NCBI GenBank assembly: GCA_044892505.1
Contig: CM097882.1
Location: forward strand, 530,968,001-531,032,000
Direction: 5' to 3'
DNA from: Schmidtea nova
Taxonomy: Eukaryota
DNA: 64,000 bases
The number at the start of each line of letters is the position of its first letter. Position 1 is the stretch's first letter. Below, piece after piece: positions 1 through 14,028 of the stretch. The notes under the pieces are model-generated. The model saw only the letters and a list, made by a program, of their open reading frames with translations, was not told where the DNA came from and searched no databases. Position numbers and translations under genes: made by a program.

Positions 1-789
1 CATAATGATGTTGAATAATTTATTTCAAATGTATATTTCTAAACATATGAAACGGGAAGATATTTAACAATCCCCTCAACCGGAAATATAAAGAATTTAA
101 ATTAATGAATTGAAAATTCATCGAATAATAGTTATGATCATAATAGTAATGATGATAGGGCAATAATAAATTCAATTACACAGGATACATATGTAAAATT
201 AAAAAAAATCATTACCAAATTTTTAATTAATTTTCCACATCAATTAAAACAAACAAATAAATAATAAGGAGTAGATTTGATTTATCTAATTAATAACATT
301 TTACAGTGGGACAAATGCAAATAATACACTTGTTGCCAGACTGACCTTTCAGTAAAGGCGGAGTCCTTAACTCTTCATTTATTAGCTTAGCAGGGATTAT
401 AAACCATCTTCACAAATTCATGATAACTCGTATGTATTTTCTAAATGTTCTTGATATATTATTTTTTGAATCAAATATACATCGATTAAATTAAAATATT
501 GTGATCGATAAACTGCTTAATGTCTTGACAGCTTTTGCTAATGAATCATTCACAAACTGATATAAAATGATTATGATCTCTTATAGGATCAACGATAACT
601 TTCTTGCATAAATAGCAAGTTTTACATGCTTTGAAAAAATATTCTTCGTCCAAAGAAAGTGGTGTCATTAGTTTTTCCATTATTTAATATAATATGACTA
701 CACAATGTTTGTTGTCGTAACTTTAACTTGCTTCAAAAAGTCTCAATCCTTACCAATAAATTGATAATAGCTCGTTATTTCAAAAATAT

Positions 790-1360
790 AACATACGAAT
801 TACCCCCGATTTGGGAAATTGTTACCGAAAATTATTATGAAAAGGGTTTAAAAAATGGCAAGAAACTCTTTATTGGACTATATGATGATGTATTTGAAAC
901 TTGATGTGTTTCTCTCTATTGGTTGATTTCTTTCAACATTTTCAAGCCAAGACTTGAGCACATTACCGATTGAAAGCATTAAATTTCTTTGGAACTCCCT
1001 GTATGTCATTGAATAAACTTGTTTGCCATATGGAGATTTTAAGTGGATCCATTCAGATTTGGAAATATATTCGAAGAATGTAGAAATTCAAATTTAAAAA
1101 TGCTTCCATATGATTATAATATTGAAATTGATTTGAAAAGGCTGAATGAAGTTCACGATGAAATTAATGATTTTCCAGTAACAGCGGAAAAAGTTTATAT
1201 CAAAAGTAGAAAAATTACTAATGACACATTACAGAAAAAAATGTTTACAGTACTGCAAAACCGAATAGGTAAAAAATACCATTAGCTGTATAGTTTTGAA
1301 ACAACAGAAGTCGCTTTTTCAAATAATGACGATAAAAAATGTTTGGATATGAAATAATCT
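790..1360 (+). pseudogene. Degenerate, internally deleted Maverick/Polinton protein-primed DNA polymerase B fragments
   Basis: 869-1000 reads LLDYMMMYLKLDV..., homologous to 27060-27260 (DYMMVYLKLDIYLLADYFQQYR). ORF 1043-1285 has LNEVHDEINDFPVTAEK (pPolB LHD..NDLP+APE motif). ~1310-1350 reads VAFSNNDDKK (terminal DDKR motif). Many frameshifts. Confidence 0.65.
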
Positions 1361-1813
1361 AGTTCTTATATACGGTCATTATATGATATCAAATAACGGT
1401 AAGTTTATTTTTTATTAGTAATATGATTAATTAAATATATTTACAAAATAATGAATATCAAAAATTCCGTCAACAAATTAACAACAAATTTTTCAACGAT
1501 CATGTCATAGAATCATTGACACCAATGAATTGTGCGTACATATCATTGCTATTAGAAAATAAAATTAATAAATATATACTTATTGCTGTTTCATTGTTAA
1601 TATTTATTAACATGTTCATAATTTTACTAAGATATTGTATTAGTGACTGTTAAAAAGATAAAAAATCTAATTAATTTATAAATAATAATGATAATAATTG
1701 TAGTGCCTTAGATTAAATTTTCAATTTTATAAATTAATTAATTATTAAATGGAGAAAAATAGATGTTGTTTTAATATTTACATTTTTTCACTTTTTCACG
1801 CTGATCAAAAAAA

Positions 1814-2296
1814 ATGCAAGCTGTTAACAATGATTCGATATACCCATTCACTCAAGACATTCACAGCGACTCGTTTTCATCAAATGACAACAATTATCAG
1901 TTCTACTCTAGTGGAGATTGTGTAGTCGATATTCAAAGAAGAAACAATTGCCAGTTCCGTAGATTGCAGAAATGTTTCGCTGCTGGAATGCGTAAAGAAG
2001 CCGTACAAACTAGAAGATGCTTGTCAACAACTGGATCAATATTAATATACTATCCAGACAAATCTGAAATGTATAACTCTAAAAATCTACAAATCAATAC
2101 ATTGGATCACAATCAATCTCGATTAAACGATTATTCGCCAGCACCAGAAATCAATCAATACGGACTGTCATGGAGCTTGCTCATTTCAACTCTTGTTATC
2201 ATCGGTAAGGATTTCCAGTTGCCAAAGACCAACTTGTCAATTGGAGATCAATTTCTATTAATAAAATCTTATTTGCTTTTAGCATTCCTACAATAA
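1814..2296 (+). pseudogene. Nuclear hormone receptor relic: second C4 zinc finger/T-box plus start of the ligand-binding domain
   Basis: GDCVVDIQRRNNCQFRRLQKCFAAGMRKEAVQ matches the NR second finger CxxDxxxRNxCQxCRLxKCxxxGMxxEAVQ, but CQxC is CQFR. FQLPKTNLSIGDQFLLIK resembles the LBD F..L...DQ+.LL motif. The first finger/P-box is not seen. Confidence 0.6.
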
Positions 2297-5276
2297 TTAT
2301 ATAAAAATAAAAATTATCAATTAAAATTAAATAGTAAACAATATAGTAAACAAAAAAATAAATAAAATTAAAGTTATTAATTTAAATAAGTTAATAAAAA
2401 TTAAATTAATTAAATAATAATTACAAAATAAATTATAAAAATAACTAATTAAAAATAAAAATTAGTAAATAGAAATAATTGAATAATAAATAAATAAAAT
2501 TAATAAATAAAATAAAAATTTTGAAAAAAACATTTGTCGGATGACTTTTTTATTTTTAACAAGTAAAGTTTTGTGATACCCAGTGCAAATCCACAATAGC
2601 AGACTAGTTTCGAGCTTTTGGCTCTAATCAGTGCTATGCAGGAGACGCGAAAATTTCTATCAGCGCCATGTAAGTATAAATCAAAGTCGAAACAACTTTG
2701 TTAAATACTATTCCTGGTACACTGGATATCACATCACTTGAATATACAAGATCTTACAGATAATCTGTTACTTGCAAACATGGTGTTTTAATTCAATACG
2801 AGCAAGTGGAAATCGCCACGGACTCTCCTTTCAGTCCTTCCAGTTCAACCGAGATGGAATTCGAGAACTATCATCTTTTCTGACGTAAAACTTGATTTGA
2901 TCGCTCATCTGTTAATCTTTATGAAAACTGGGGTTATTTGTTGTAATATCAAGGTTTATTAAAATTATTAAATTCCCTGGTAGTTAATTCTTTTTTCGAT
3001 TGATCATTCTTACATTATTAATGATGATTTTGGAACTGTTGTGTTTGGATGTCCTAAGTAAAAAATAATTAGTGCCGGGGATTGAGCGCAAGAATATATA
3101 AACTAATTTTGTTCAAGGAATGAGCCGAAACGGATTATAGGGGGTACTAATAGAATAGTAACAGAGGTGTATATCATTAAAGCAAATTGTTAAAATTCCA
3201 AAGGAAATGTTTTGCTGAAATCAATATTTGTGATTTTTTAGAAAGATTTACTACGAAATGTAAACGGCACATGAGAAGAATGGCAAACCGGATGTTACCG
3301 TAGGCCAACCAAAACGTTAAATAATAAAAATTGAACAAAGTTATTTGTCTCCACGTCAAATGAAAGTGGTACAAGATAAAATGTTCCTGGCAATGGCTAC
3401 AACGGAAGATCTAAAGATGAAAGTGCAACATCTCAAAAACAGTCAAACCGAGTGCAGACAAATCCATTCCCAAGGAATGTCCGAATCGTAATGAACCCAG
3501 TGCCGACAAACTCCAGTAAATGAGAAGAAATCGAGATCGAGAAGAAAAACTCAAAACCCGCAACTCAAAATCTCCACGTTGTGACAGTATGGTATCATCA
3601 TGTTGCTAAGATTTTTCGCAACTAAATCATTGTTACAGTTAAAAAAAAATGTATTTAATAAAACTTTGTTCCTTTTTGCTTCATAATAAAAAGAAATATT
3701 GACTCGAGGGTGAAATAGTCGAGTTAGAATGCAAAGCCTCCTCCGGTTAAGGATGACACAAGGTAATGACGAATCACCCAAATGAGTGACCTAAATGAGG
3801 TGGTAAGTGTGAAGAGAGTAGAAGACCTTCTATCGGTCACATGGAACCCGACAGAACGGATAAATCGGAGTAGTACTAACACCGGCGCTCACCGGCCGGT
3901 TTGCGTTCAACTGAGGTATGCAGGACCAACTTGTAGTTAATGGGTTACACGGCCATATATATCAGGGGAATTTTTATGCGTCACAGTTTACCCTTAGACG
4001 AGAAATAACTATGGTGAAATAATAATTTAATATAATAAATATTAAGAAAGACGCATTAAATTTGGTAAATTTGATCTGTTAATTCTTTAAAACTTACTTA
4101 AAATAAATTTATTTTGGCTTTAAAATTTCTATTAATATTTAATTAATATATTTCCATGGAGATTTGATTTTTGAAATGCCCAAATTCTTTCTTTCCGTAA
4201 ATATATTTTATTCTAACACAAAATTTTCAAAACTTCTAAACGTGATTATTAAATGAAACAAATAATGTAAAGTGAATATTTCTTCATAAACTTTAATTAG
4301 CAAAATTATTTTTGACTATTAATTATGGAAATACAAATTTATGTCACTTATAATTTTGAAAAATTTTCCGGTTATCTAGACGCAAAATTCTTGTTTTAAA
4401 TAAAATAATTTTACGTATTCCGCTTGAAGGAAATTTGGAGAAAAACTCTTTAATTGAAGGTAGTCTTTTATTAGGAATTTAGCGATCCGTTAAATATGAA
4501 TTCATAATTTATAATTTTTAAAATAAAACCCTTTAAAAACTAAATATTTTAAAATATAATAACGGTTACTTTATATGCGGTGATTTTACCTTGTACTGGC
4601 GAGTCATCGCTAGTTATTCAATATGTTGAGGTTTGCAGAATTTTAACTTGATGATCTTATATAAATAAATAAGTCAACACTGGTTCAATAAATTTAATTT
4701 AATTAAAACATATATAACAATTACCCAAATGAATAATATTCCATCCACCAGTTCAACTATCTTTGTGTCTGTGTTTTACATGTTATAAATGTTATAAATG
4801 TGATGTATAGTGCTGAATGCGGCTCTGAGTTCAATATACTGTATGCTCTATTTTAAGTTTTCAATAGCTGATAACAACTATGAAATTCTTCTTAAACTAA
4901 GATTTTACGAGTGATTAAACTGAGAAATCATTCAGTTTATATAGTGAAATTTTGTTGTTCGTCATTTTAACTGGCAAGGGTTGTTATTTGTCAATAATAT
5001 TTGTTTTTAATCAACAAATTTTCTATTTTTAAAAGTTCAAAACAACAATTACTCTATTTAGAGTTATCCCGTTTCTCAGAATCTTTGGGCTGAAAATGTA
5101 TTAATATATTCTAGGTTGATATATATATATATATACATCATGAATTGTATGAATTTTCTTATAAGTTATATTATTTATTAATAAGTATTTTTTTGTTTAA
5201 ATCAATAAAAATATTTGGTAATGTCAAAATGGCGATCCAAAAGACAATACCGAGACCCAACAAAATGTGTTAAAAA

Positions 5277-6020
5277 ATGAATCGGCAGGAAAAGAGGTGT
5301 CAAAGAAAGTTCTGTCAAAAGCTTCATAACAAAAACTCAGACCTTCCAAAATTTTACAGTTTAATTAAAACCCACAAAGAAGGTACCGCTATCAAAATTA
5401 GACCAATTGTATCCAATACAAAAGGTCCAACAACCAAAGTGAGTTGGCTTCTCTCCAAAATCCTAAAACCACTGCTGGACCAAGTACTACACCATCTTCA
5501 AAGCAGTGACTGTTTTATGTCAAAATTGAATAAAACAGATAAAAACACCAATGTAAAATTCAATTATCCCTTTAGCCTCTATTCACCCTAAAGATGCTAT
5601 AGATTGTTTAGAAAGAAAGTTTAAAAATGAAAACTTATAATAAATGAGATGCAGATAGAAGACAATATTGAACTTCTAACTGTGATTCTCACAAACACAT
5701 ACTTTACATTTGAACAGAAAGTATACCAACAAGTAAGAGGCCAGCCAATGACCATATTAGCGATTATATTCATGGTTTATCTTGAAAAACAAATACTGAT
5801 AACCATAAAAACCATTGGTATATACGCACGATATGTAGATGATATCTTTATCACGACAAATAGCAAAAGGGAAGCGAAAGAAATATTTCGTATTTTTAAT
5901 GTGGCACACAACGACATAAAATTTGAGATTGAATACCTGAAAGAAGACGGATCCCTCGAACTATTAGATCTGAGAATAAAAATCGACTCAAACACACCAA
6001 CATATGGGTTCTACAGAGTA
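5277..6020 (+). mobile_element. Penelope-like element reverse transcriptase fragment (frameshifted; GIY-YIG part absent)
   Basis: PKFYSLIKTHK...IRPIVSNTKGPTTKVSWLLSKILKP is the PLE-typical PKxHK..RPIVS motif, followed by YFTFEQKVYQQVRG.PM and YARYVDDIF (YxDD). Confidence 0.8.
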
Positions 6021-6629
6021 GTAGGCTGTGTCCGGTCTGGATCCGTATGAGTTATCGCGCGTTTTTTGGCACCATTTTGATTTTGTGTTTTGTTTTACTT
6101 TTTGGATTTTTTGTTTATTTTTTGTTTATTTATTAATTAATTAAATTTTTATTTATTTATTTTTTTTAATCAGTTATTTATTTTTTTATTTATATTATTA
6201 ATTTACTTTTGTTAGTATAATTTATTATTGTTATTATTATTTTTGAACACCTTCAATGATAAACGTTCAATGAGTCAAATGAGACAATTCTGCACAACAA
6301 AAAAAATTACATGCTCAAATACAATAAATATTAAACTAATTATTTATTACTTATTACTTCTTTATTATTTTATTATTAATATTATTATTACTATTATTTC
6401 TATGACATAACCATAGTTTCTAAAAATTATTACCCAAATTATAAAAACAGACTGAAACTAATCTCTACAATATATAACTAAATAATTAAAAAACAATAAA
6501 AAACAAAGTTCTTCAACAAATTTTATTTAATAAAACTGTTTCTTCTTCAGATTGATCTTGAAATTGTTGATTTGTATTGATTTTTGGATCGGTATGTTGA
6601 AATATAATCAAGTCACCTCCCATATAATG

Positions 6630-6965
6630 GCCATATGCCAAGCTTTTATTTTTCGCAACTTATTTTCTTTTATCATCTGTGTTTGTCAGTGCAGTCTTTT
6701 CATTTTAATAGTAAAAAGTTGATAATTTTTACTTGTGATTCTGGTTTGGGGAACAGAACATATTTGGTTATTATTAAAACAGCCTAGGTACGACTGATAC
6801 TTTATGTCAGTACCCTTCAATGTTGCCCCCCTTAACTTTATTAGTTTCCTCATCACTTAAAAGTCTATAACATTTTGGTTTAAGAAATACCCACTCCTCG
6901 TACTTAAGGCATTTATTCTCGTCTTTGAAGTTTCCAATGACAGAATCAAGGTTTCCAATGTATTA
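6630..6965 (-). pseudogene. Maverick pPolB C-terminal fragment
   Basis: The reverse complement reads NLDSVIGNFKDENKCLKYEEWVFLKPKCY...KTALTNTDDKR. It is a DNA-level paralogue of 28237-28530 and 37966-38064. Confidence 0.75.
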
Positions 6966-7882
6966 TGGGTGATTTGAATCATAATTTTCAAATATTTTTG
7001 CAAGTGATATTTCAAATCCTTACACTCTTTAAATGAATTAAAATACTCCTTTATTCAAACTAAATTATTACCAAATATTCATATAAAATCTGAAACATTT
7101 TTATATGTTTTATGCATTAATTTAATTATTTATCCTTGACTGTATCGTAAAACCTATGCCTTTTACTATATTCGGACTTCTAAAATACCATGTAATTGTT
7201 ATTATAAATTAATTATGTTAAAATATAAAATTTTATAAAATCATTACTTAAATTTCTTTATTAAATGATCAATTCATACCAAGTTATAACTATTCTTTCA
7301 TAAATTATTCTAAATAAAAGAAAACTTTGTTAAATAATTATTTAAATCGATAGTTTTTCAATCTTAAATATAATTTCCAAAATAATTTACTGACAAAAAT
7401 GTAATAATGGATTAACATTTAGTTAAAACTGCAAAGAATTACATCAAAATCTCCTGTGATATTAATTTTATATTACAAATTCATCAACATTCATTATTAT
7501 AGTTTTACCAGAATATATTGAATACTTTACATTGTTTTCTAAAGACATTGTAGTAAGTAACAATAAATCTCATCAAAATGATAATAAAGCTAAAGTAAAT
7601 TGTTTTATTATCCTAATTAATTGATAAAAACTTATTGAATTTCTTTCAAGTACTGATGATTTTTCATATTTTATCATTAATCTATACCAAACTTTATCGA
7701 TAATTTACACATTTTTCATTAAGTTCACTAATACACATTCAACTTGATTATAAAAAGTCGAATCCAAGAAAATAATGACAATATAATAAATTTTATCAAG
7801 GAAGAGTTTACAGCATTCAAATTGTATTAAATATTTAATACTGACCGGACTGTAACATAAATTTTCGAATCACAAAAATAGA

Positions 7883-7889
<7 letters not shown>

Positions 7890-7944
<55 letters not shown>
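7890..7944. repeat. (TA)n microsatellite
   Basis: Pure TA run; further TA runs at ~29683-29748 and ~30087-30160. Confidence 0.95.
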
Positions 7945-7948
<4 letters not shown>

Positions 7949-9289
7949 TTCATTTATTCATCTTCATTTTGGTTTAATATCTTTTAAATATATCACAATT
8001 TTACTTTAGATAGTGAAAATATTATTTCAATATTTACTAGCTATACTGAAATAAAATTATCATAAAATTAAGTTTATTTAGATTTGCAGCCTAAAACAAA
8101 AAATAAACAATACGTTTAGTCAAATGGAACATCAAATAAAGTCACTCGCATATAAGCAATAAAATTTTGTATTTTCATAAATTCGCCTAGAAATTAGAAT
8201 ATTATTAATATTATATAATTAATATAAAATTTAAAGTAATTATCATGTAAATCATAATTAAAATTTATATAAATTTGATAAATAAATAATTAAATATGTT
8301 ATATTTCGAATTTTCTTATTAACTTTTACAAAATTAATAAACTAATTTGTTTAAATAAATTGTTTCCCTTAATATGAGATTATTCAAAAATTAAAGCTAA
8401 AATTTAAATAAATTAATTACAAAAAAGAAAAATTAATTTATTATCTAAAATTATTATTAAATTAATTTGTTTAAATTATTTGTTTTTGCTGAAATACGAA
8501 AATTATTTTCTAAACTTTAATTTAAATTTATTAAAGAAAGAAGAAAAATTAATTAAATTACATAAAGTTATGACTAAAATAGTCTGTTTAAAATAATTGT
8601 TTTACTTAAAATGCTTTAATTAAAAATTTTTATTACTAAACACTAATTAAAATAATTACTAATAAGATTTACTAAATAAGTTTGTCTTTAGAAATAATGT
8701 AAATATATATTTATAAAATGATTAGTAAAAATTTTTGATTATATTTATATTTCTTTTGAAATAATTAAAATTTTATCTTAAAATATTTAAAATAAATGAC
8801 AATTAAACTAAAGATGTTTAATTATAATAACAAAAAACGATTTAATTAAAATCTTTGCCTAAAATAAGCTTTTAAAATTATTACGTGATTTAAATTATTA
8901 TAAAATTAGGTAAATTATTTTTTTTAATTTTCGTCATGATTCGAATACTATTAATATTTTAATCTACCATATAGTCAATAAATTCTAAATAAATTAAAAT
9001 TTCCATTATTTAAAGTTTCATTGATGCTTGCCGATTTTTCAAAGAACGATATACTTTGAAGCACTTACCATACAAAAGTAGGTATTTCTTAGAAATTTTC
9101 TTTCAAGATAAGAGTTTTTTATTTGAAAGTCACGTTTTTAGTAGATTCGACTTGTTATTCACAAGTCACAAACCACAAAAAAGAATCGTTTGTAACTTTT
9201 AAAACTGTCATCATTGTGGAAAATTATTTACATTACGGTCGACGTTGTTGAGCAATTATTCTATGATATTAATTTGTTTCATATTTTTA

Positions 9290-10634
9290 AAATAAGCAAG
9301 TACACGAACTCTTCTCACAAGAATTCGGCTGCCCTTTCTTCAGCATTACAATGCCAACAGACAAATTCTGTTCAATCATGCGCAATCTTCGTTTTTATAA
9401 GAAAGTTACGAGAAGAGCGAGAGTGGCGGAAGATCTCTTTGCACCAATTAGAGATCTTTTTAATGATTTCGTGGCCAACTCCATTCAAGTATATCAAACA
9501 CATCCCATTCTAACGGTTGATGAACAACTTCTGCCTTCAAAAAATCGTTGCAAATTTCTTCAGTTCATGGGCAATAAACCTGATAAGTATGGTATAAAAA
9601 TGTGGCTATTGGTAGATACTAAAACTCACTACTGTGTGAATCAAATCCCGTATTTGGGGAAAGATGCTCAGCGTGTAGGGGAAACAGTTGGACAAAATGT
9701 TGTGAAATTGTTAGCGGAACCAGTTAAAAATTGTGGCTATCATGTTACAGCCGACAATTTCTTTTCTTCTGCTCCATTAGCAAGTCATTTATCGGAACAC
9801 AAAATAACTTATCTTGGTACAGTGAGGAAGACTTCACGAAGCTTGCCCACGGAGGTTAAGAATATGAATTTAGAACTACATAATTCAATGTTTCACAAAT
9901 CAGGCGATATCTTCTTAGTTAATTACAAATGCAAAGCAAGAAATAATGTGTTCCTTATGTCTACGCTCCATTGCAGTCCACGCATTTGTCCAGATTCAAA
10001 CAAGAATAAACCAGAGATTGTATTAACCTTCAACAAAACCAAGACTGGAGTAGACTGCTTCGACCAGATGTTACATGTTTACAGTAGGAAAGCTGCCTCA
10101 AGACGATGGTCAGTTTGTATGTTCTACGATTTACTTAACAAGGCTCTTATTAATGCACATGTTATATACCAAGAAGTCGTTGGTCACATACCCAGAAAAC
10201 GATTCATGTTGGAACTAGCAAGAGCTCTTTGCAAGCCCATTCAAGAGTCTCGGAAACGACGATCTGAGAGAATGATCCAACAAGTGAAGGCAAAGCAAAA
10301 GCGTTTCAAATGTTGCCGAAAAAACTGTTACAACAAAACTTACAACGCGTGTGACAACTGCAACAAGCCGTTTTGTGGCAAACATGGACTTCACACTCAA
10401 ATAGAAACATTTCAATGCAACGATTGTATCCAACAAGTGTAAATAAAATAGTTATTTATCAAGAATATTCTCTACCAGCAACTGTTTTGGGTCGTTGAAC
10501 ATTCTCTCTTTTGCCATATCTATTTAAGGAAGCGTTTTAGACAAAAACTGACACCGCCATTCGATTTCATTTCATCGACTTTCACCTGAAAGGTGAAAGC
10601 TGGCCCTACCCCCTTCCGGCATTGAATGGGTTAA
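9290..10634 (+). mobile_element. 5'-truncated piggyBac element: transposase (ORF 9351-10442) and right end ...CCGGCATTGAATGGG-TTAA
   Basis: The DDD triad motifs TVDEQL, TADNFFSS and GVDCFDQM are present, as are NKPDKYGIK and a C-terminal Cys-rich domain (CCRKNC..CDNCNKPFCGKH). A GGG terminus plus TTAA lies at 10628-10634. No matching left end was found. Confidence 0.9.
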
Positions 10635-10814
10635 GGAAAAAATCAGGAATATTCATGCATATATTTTCTAGTATGAGGGTGGAGGAGGGAGCGTAGCTAC
10701 TAATACATGATCTTTGTATGCGAAAAGTATCTCCTAGACGTTTAATTCATTAAAAAGTGCACAAACTGCTTCTAAGGCTCTATTTAAGCCCCTATTTATA
10801 GAATAATTAATTAC

Positions 10815-10879
10815 GTGGTCATGGATGACCAATTCCGGCATTCGAGGGGTAATGACCACTTCCGGCGTTCTAGTGTTAA
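10815..10879 (+). repeat. Two additional stacked piggyBac-type right ends
   Basis: GGTCATGGATGACC palindrome, then TTCCGGCATTCGAGGGGTAA and TTCCGGCGTTCTAGTG-TTAA, sharing the TTCCGGC core of the 10614-10634 end. Confidence 0.6.
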
Positions 10880-11066
10880 GGCCAAGGGCCTGACCCTAAC
10901 AAATCATCAAAGAACTTAATTTCACTGGTCTTCCGATTCATTTGGCAAATACATCTAAGACATTGAGACAAGCCCTGGCTAACAACACGAGAAAGAAAAA
11001 TACATGTAAGATGGGAAATTTCGAAATATCAAAGAAAATATGCTTTTGCAAGAACATTGTCTATAG

Positions 11067-11438
11067 CAGGGCTTCTTAAACTTTTTTCATTCACGACCCC
11101 ATCTATGATTGTGGATTGTTTTGGTGACCCCGTATAAATATAAAATGAAGATATTTAAATATTTAATGATGATTTATTGATTAGGTTTAGTATTTGTTTA
11201 GAAACATATAAGAAAAAATAGAAAATTAAAAATTGAACAAAAAGTTGTTAAATTTTATTTATTATAGTTACAAAAATTATATGCTGTATTTTTCATCTAA
11301 ATTTCAGCTTTAGTATTAAAACATTTAAATTTTATTTCAAATTCGCGTATTTAAATATTTTACATTTAAATCTCGCGATCCCAGGATTTTGATAAGCGAC
11401 CCCGTTTGGGGTCGCGACCCATAGTTTAAGAAGCCCTG
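11067..11438. mobile_element. hAT-type MITE
   Basis: Perfect 16-bp TIR CAGGGCTTCTTAAACT / AGTTTAAGAAGCCCTG and subterminal CGACCC motifs; no 8-bp TSD recognisable. Confidence 0.8.
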
Positions 11439-11740
11439 TTTTAGGTGAATTTTAATACAAAATAAAAGTATAAGTAATTAAACAACAAAGACTAAGATAT
11501 ATACATTTAATTTGTATTAAAAGTCATCTAAAAATGATTATAAATAAATAAAGACAATTGGCAAAATACACGAATAAATATAATATTAACACTATCTAAT
11601 ACAAAGATCATACTATCAAACTAGAAACCTTATACTAAGTTCTCATCTAGTAAAGTTAATTTCAAATTTAAGTATTTTACCTTTTATCTTTTAATTAATA
11701 TTAAATATAAATTTTGATTAAAAATTGATTAAATGAGTCG

Positions 11741-11933
11741 TTGATTTTGAGAGTGGGCAAGTCAATATTTAAAAAATCGAGTTACAGCTAATTTCTATAA
11801 ATAACAATCTATAAACTATTATAGATATGATTGTTAATTGAGTAAAAACAGAAATTTTAAATTAATTTCTATTGAAAATTAGCTGTAACTCTTTCTTCTA
11901 ACAAAATGGACTTGTCTCACTTTCAAAATCAAC
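11741..11933. repeat. Fold-back (palindromic) MITE-like element
   Basis: GTTGATTTTGAGAGTGGGCAAGTC pairs with GACTTGTCTCACTTTCAAAATCAAC, and inner GAGTTACAGCTAATTT pairs with AAATTAGCTGTAACTC. Confidence 0.7.
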
Positions 11934-14028
11934 AGCTAATATGTCAATTATTTGTTTATGATTTATTCACACCAAAATTATTCATAAATACCAGATCAAA
12001 TTAACATAATCAAATTAGAATAAAACAATATTAAATACAAAGCCCACAGTAATAGATGAACAACCGTATATCATTCTAATAACAGGTTTGCCTTAATAAT
12101 AGCTATATTCCCATTGTATAAATATATTTATAATATGTTTTTATGATTTTAGTTATAAGTAAACTAATTGCAAATTCATTATTCAATTTAAGCACAAAAT
12201 AGACTATAAATCTCGAAGAAAAAAACAAAAACTCACGAATATCAATGCTGAATTTTATGGTAAAAATACTGATTTATTTAGTTTCAAATAGTAAGGTCAA
12301 GTGAGAGATCTAACACAAGACATTTATCCCTAAACTGTATGTATTGCACAATAATTAAATAATAACCCCAAGTGTGTAATATCACGTGTTTAAATATATT
12401 TCAATTGGCAATTACATAACCATCACATAATACTATATGCGTAACGTGACGTTGTTTGCATTATATAACATGGTGTAATCATTACGGAATGCTTTACATA
12501 TAATATATTATGTAATGGTTTATGTATTATATAAAACTTTACAATATACGTAATAGTGTATATGTTATGTATTTGGTGATGTAATAATTATATATTTCAT
12601 AACCATTGCACAATGATTACACAGTACTGTGTATATTACATGTGATGAATATGTTACGTAATCGGGTCGGAATCAATGCATAATGCTTTATACATAATAT
12701 ATTATGTAATTGTTCAAATATTATATAACCATCACATAATATTTTAAAAATACTATATATCATAATCGATAATGTAATAATTAATATATTACATAATACT
12801 TTATATGTTACGTAAGCAACGATGTAACACTGAAGAATTTTAAAATTTTTCAAAGTTTTTCAAAATCTTTTAAAAAATGGTCAGAAATCAATAATTTTTA
12901 TACCAATCTACTGAGAATTGAAAGGCGATCAAAAAAGGTAAAAAAGTAAAAACATGAAAAATTTTTCTCATCAGATAAAATTTTACATGTACAAATCCTT
13001 CTCCGGGAATTTACAAACATATAAAAATGATCAGAATTCAATAATCTTTATACCCAAATACTAACAATTGAATGTTGAATAAAAGAAAATTAACAACACA
13101 AGTTAAAAAAATGTTTATTCAATAAAAGTTTTCTTAGGCATTTACTTTGTGTTGTTAAGCTCATCATAGTATGCCTTTCGCATTTCGGCAACCAAAACAT
13201 GTACTAATTGTTATCGTTTAAAGTCATGGTAGTAAGCACAGCTATTGGTGCATGAAACTCGCATTGAATCTTTACATATAACGCAATTTTCGACATACTT
13301 GACACCAGTAGTGCATTTCAAGCAACTCTTCGATATTGAACACCATTGTAATGGTATATTTTGTGTACCAACAACTCGGGGCACAATAATCGAAATTAAT
13401 TTTAACATTTGCGTATAGTTCTTGAATGTTCTTGAGAACAACTTCGAAAAATTAAACTAAATAAAAAATAAATAAAAAAAATTAAAATTAAAATACTCTT
13501 ACTTTTAGACATTTTCAAATTTTCACAAAATGAATAACAATTAATACAAAAAATTTATTTAACTAATGTATTTATTTCATTAATTATATTTTCCACATAA
13601 TCTTTATAATCTAAAGATTTATTCCGAGCATAACAACTTTGACGCTTGAAAATATGTAGACACATACTGGATCAAATTTTTGTAGCCATAATGAGGGGAA
13701 TATTTCGGGTTTGAACCAGCAACGACATTTCTTTTGTAATTCTTATAGATTAATAAATTTGCCGACATCAATCGTAACGGTAAATGATTGAATTTTTAAA
13801 ATTTTTAATCTTGAATTTATAATTCTCCGACTTAAAAGATTGCTTGCATCCCATTACCCGACACTTGCCAGATCTGAAAAAAGATGATGATGTACTTTCC
13901 GCTTCTGTTTAACACTTGTTTCGGTTTGGCACTTGGAATATCATTCCGGGAATTAAATATTTACCTTTATAATTGATGTTGTTCAACATTTTTGATTAAG
14001 TAAACAAATATAAACAATATTATTAAAA

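Noticed and set aside
3177-3930. GC-richer patch with short ORFs; checked for a hammerhead ribozyme near the Penelope fragment
   Set aside because: No CUGANGA/GAAA core arrangement and no recognisable protein motif.
12380-13110. Degenerate tandem duplications (ACATAATA-rich units; paired AAAATG.TCAGAA.TCAATAAT blocks)
   Set aside because: Low-complexity AT-rich repeats typical of decayed TE ends; the short ORF at 12617-12853 has no support.
13211-13980. Cys-rich minus-strand ORF pieces beside the Maverick ATPase
   Set aside because: Probably decayed Maverick accessory genes, but there is no motif I can assign.
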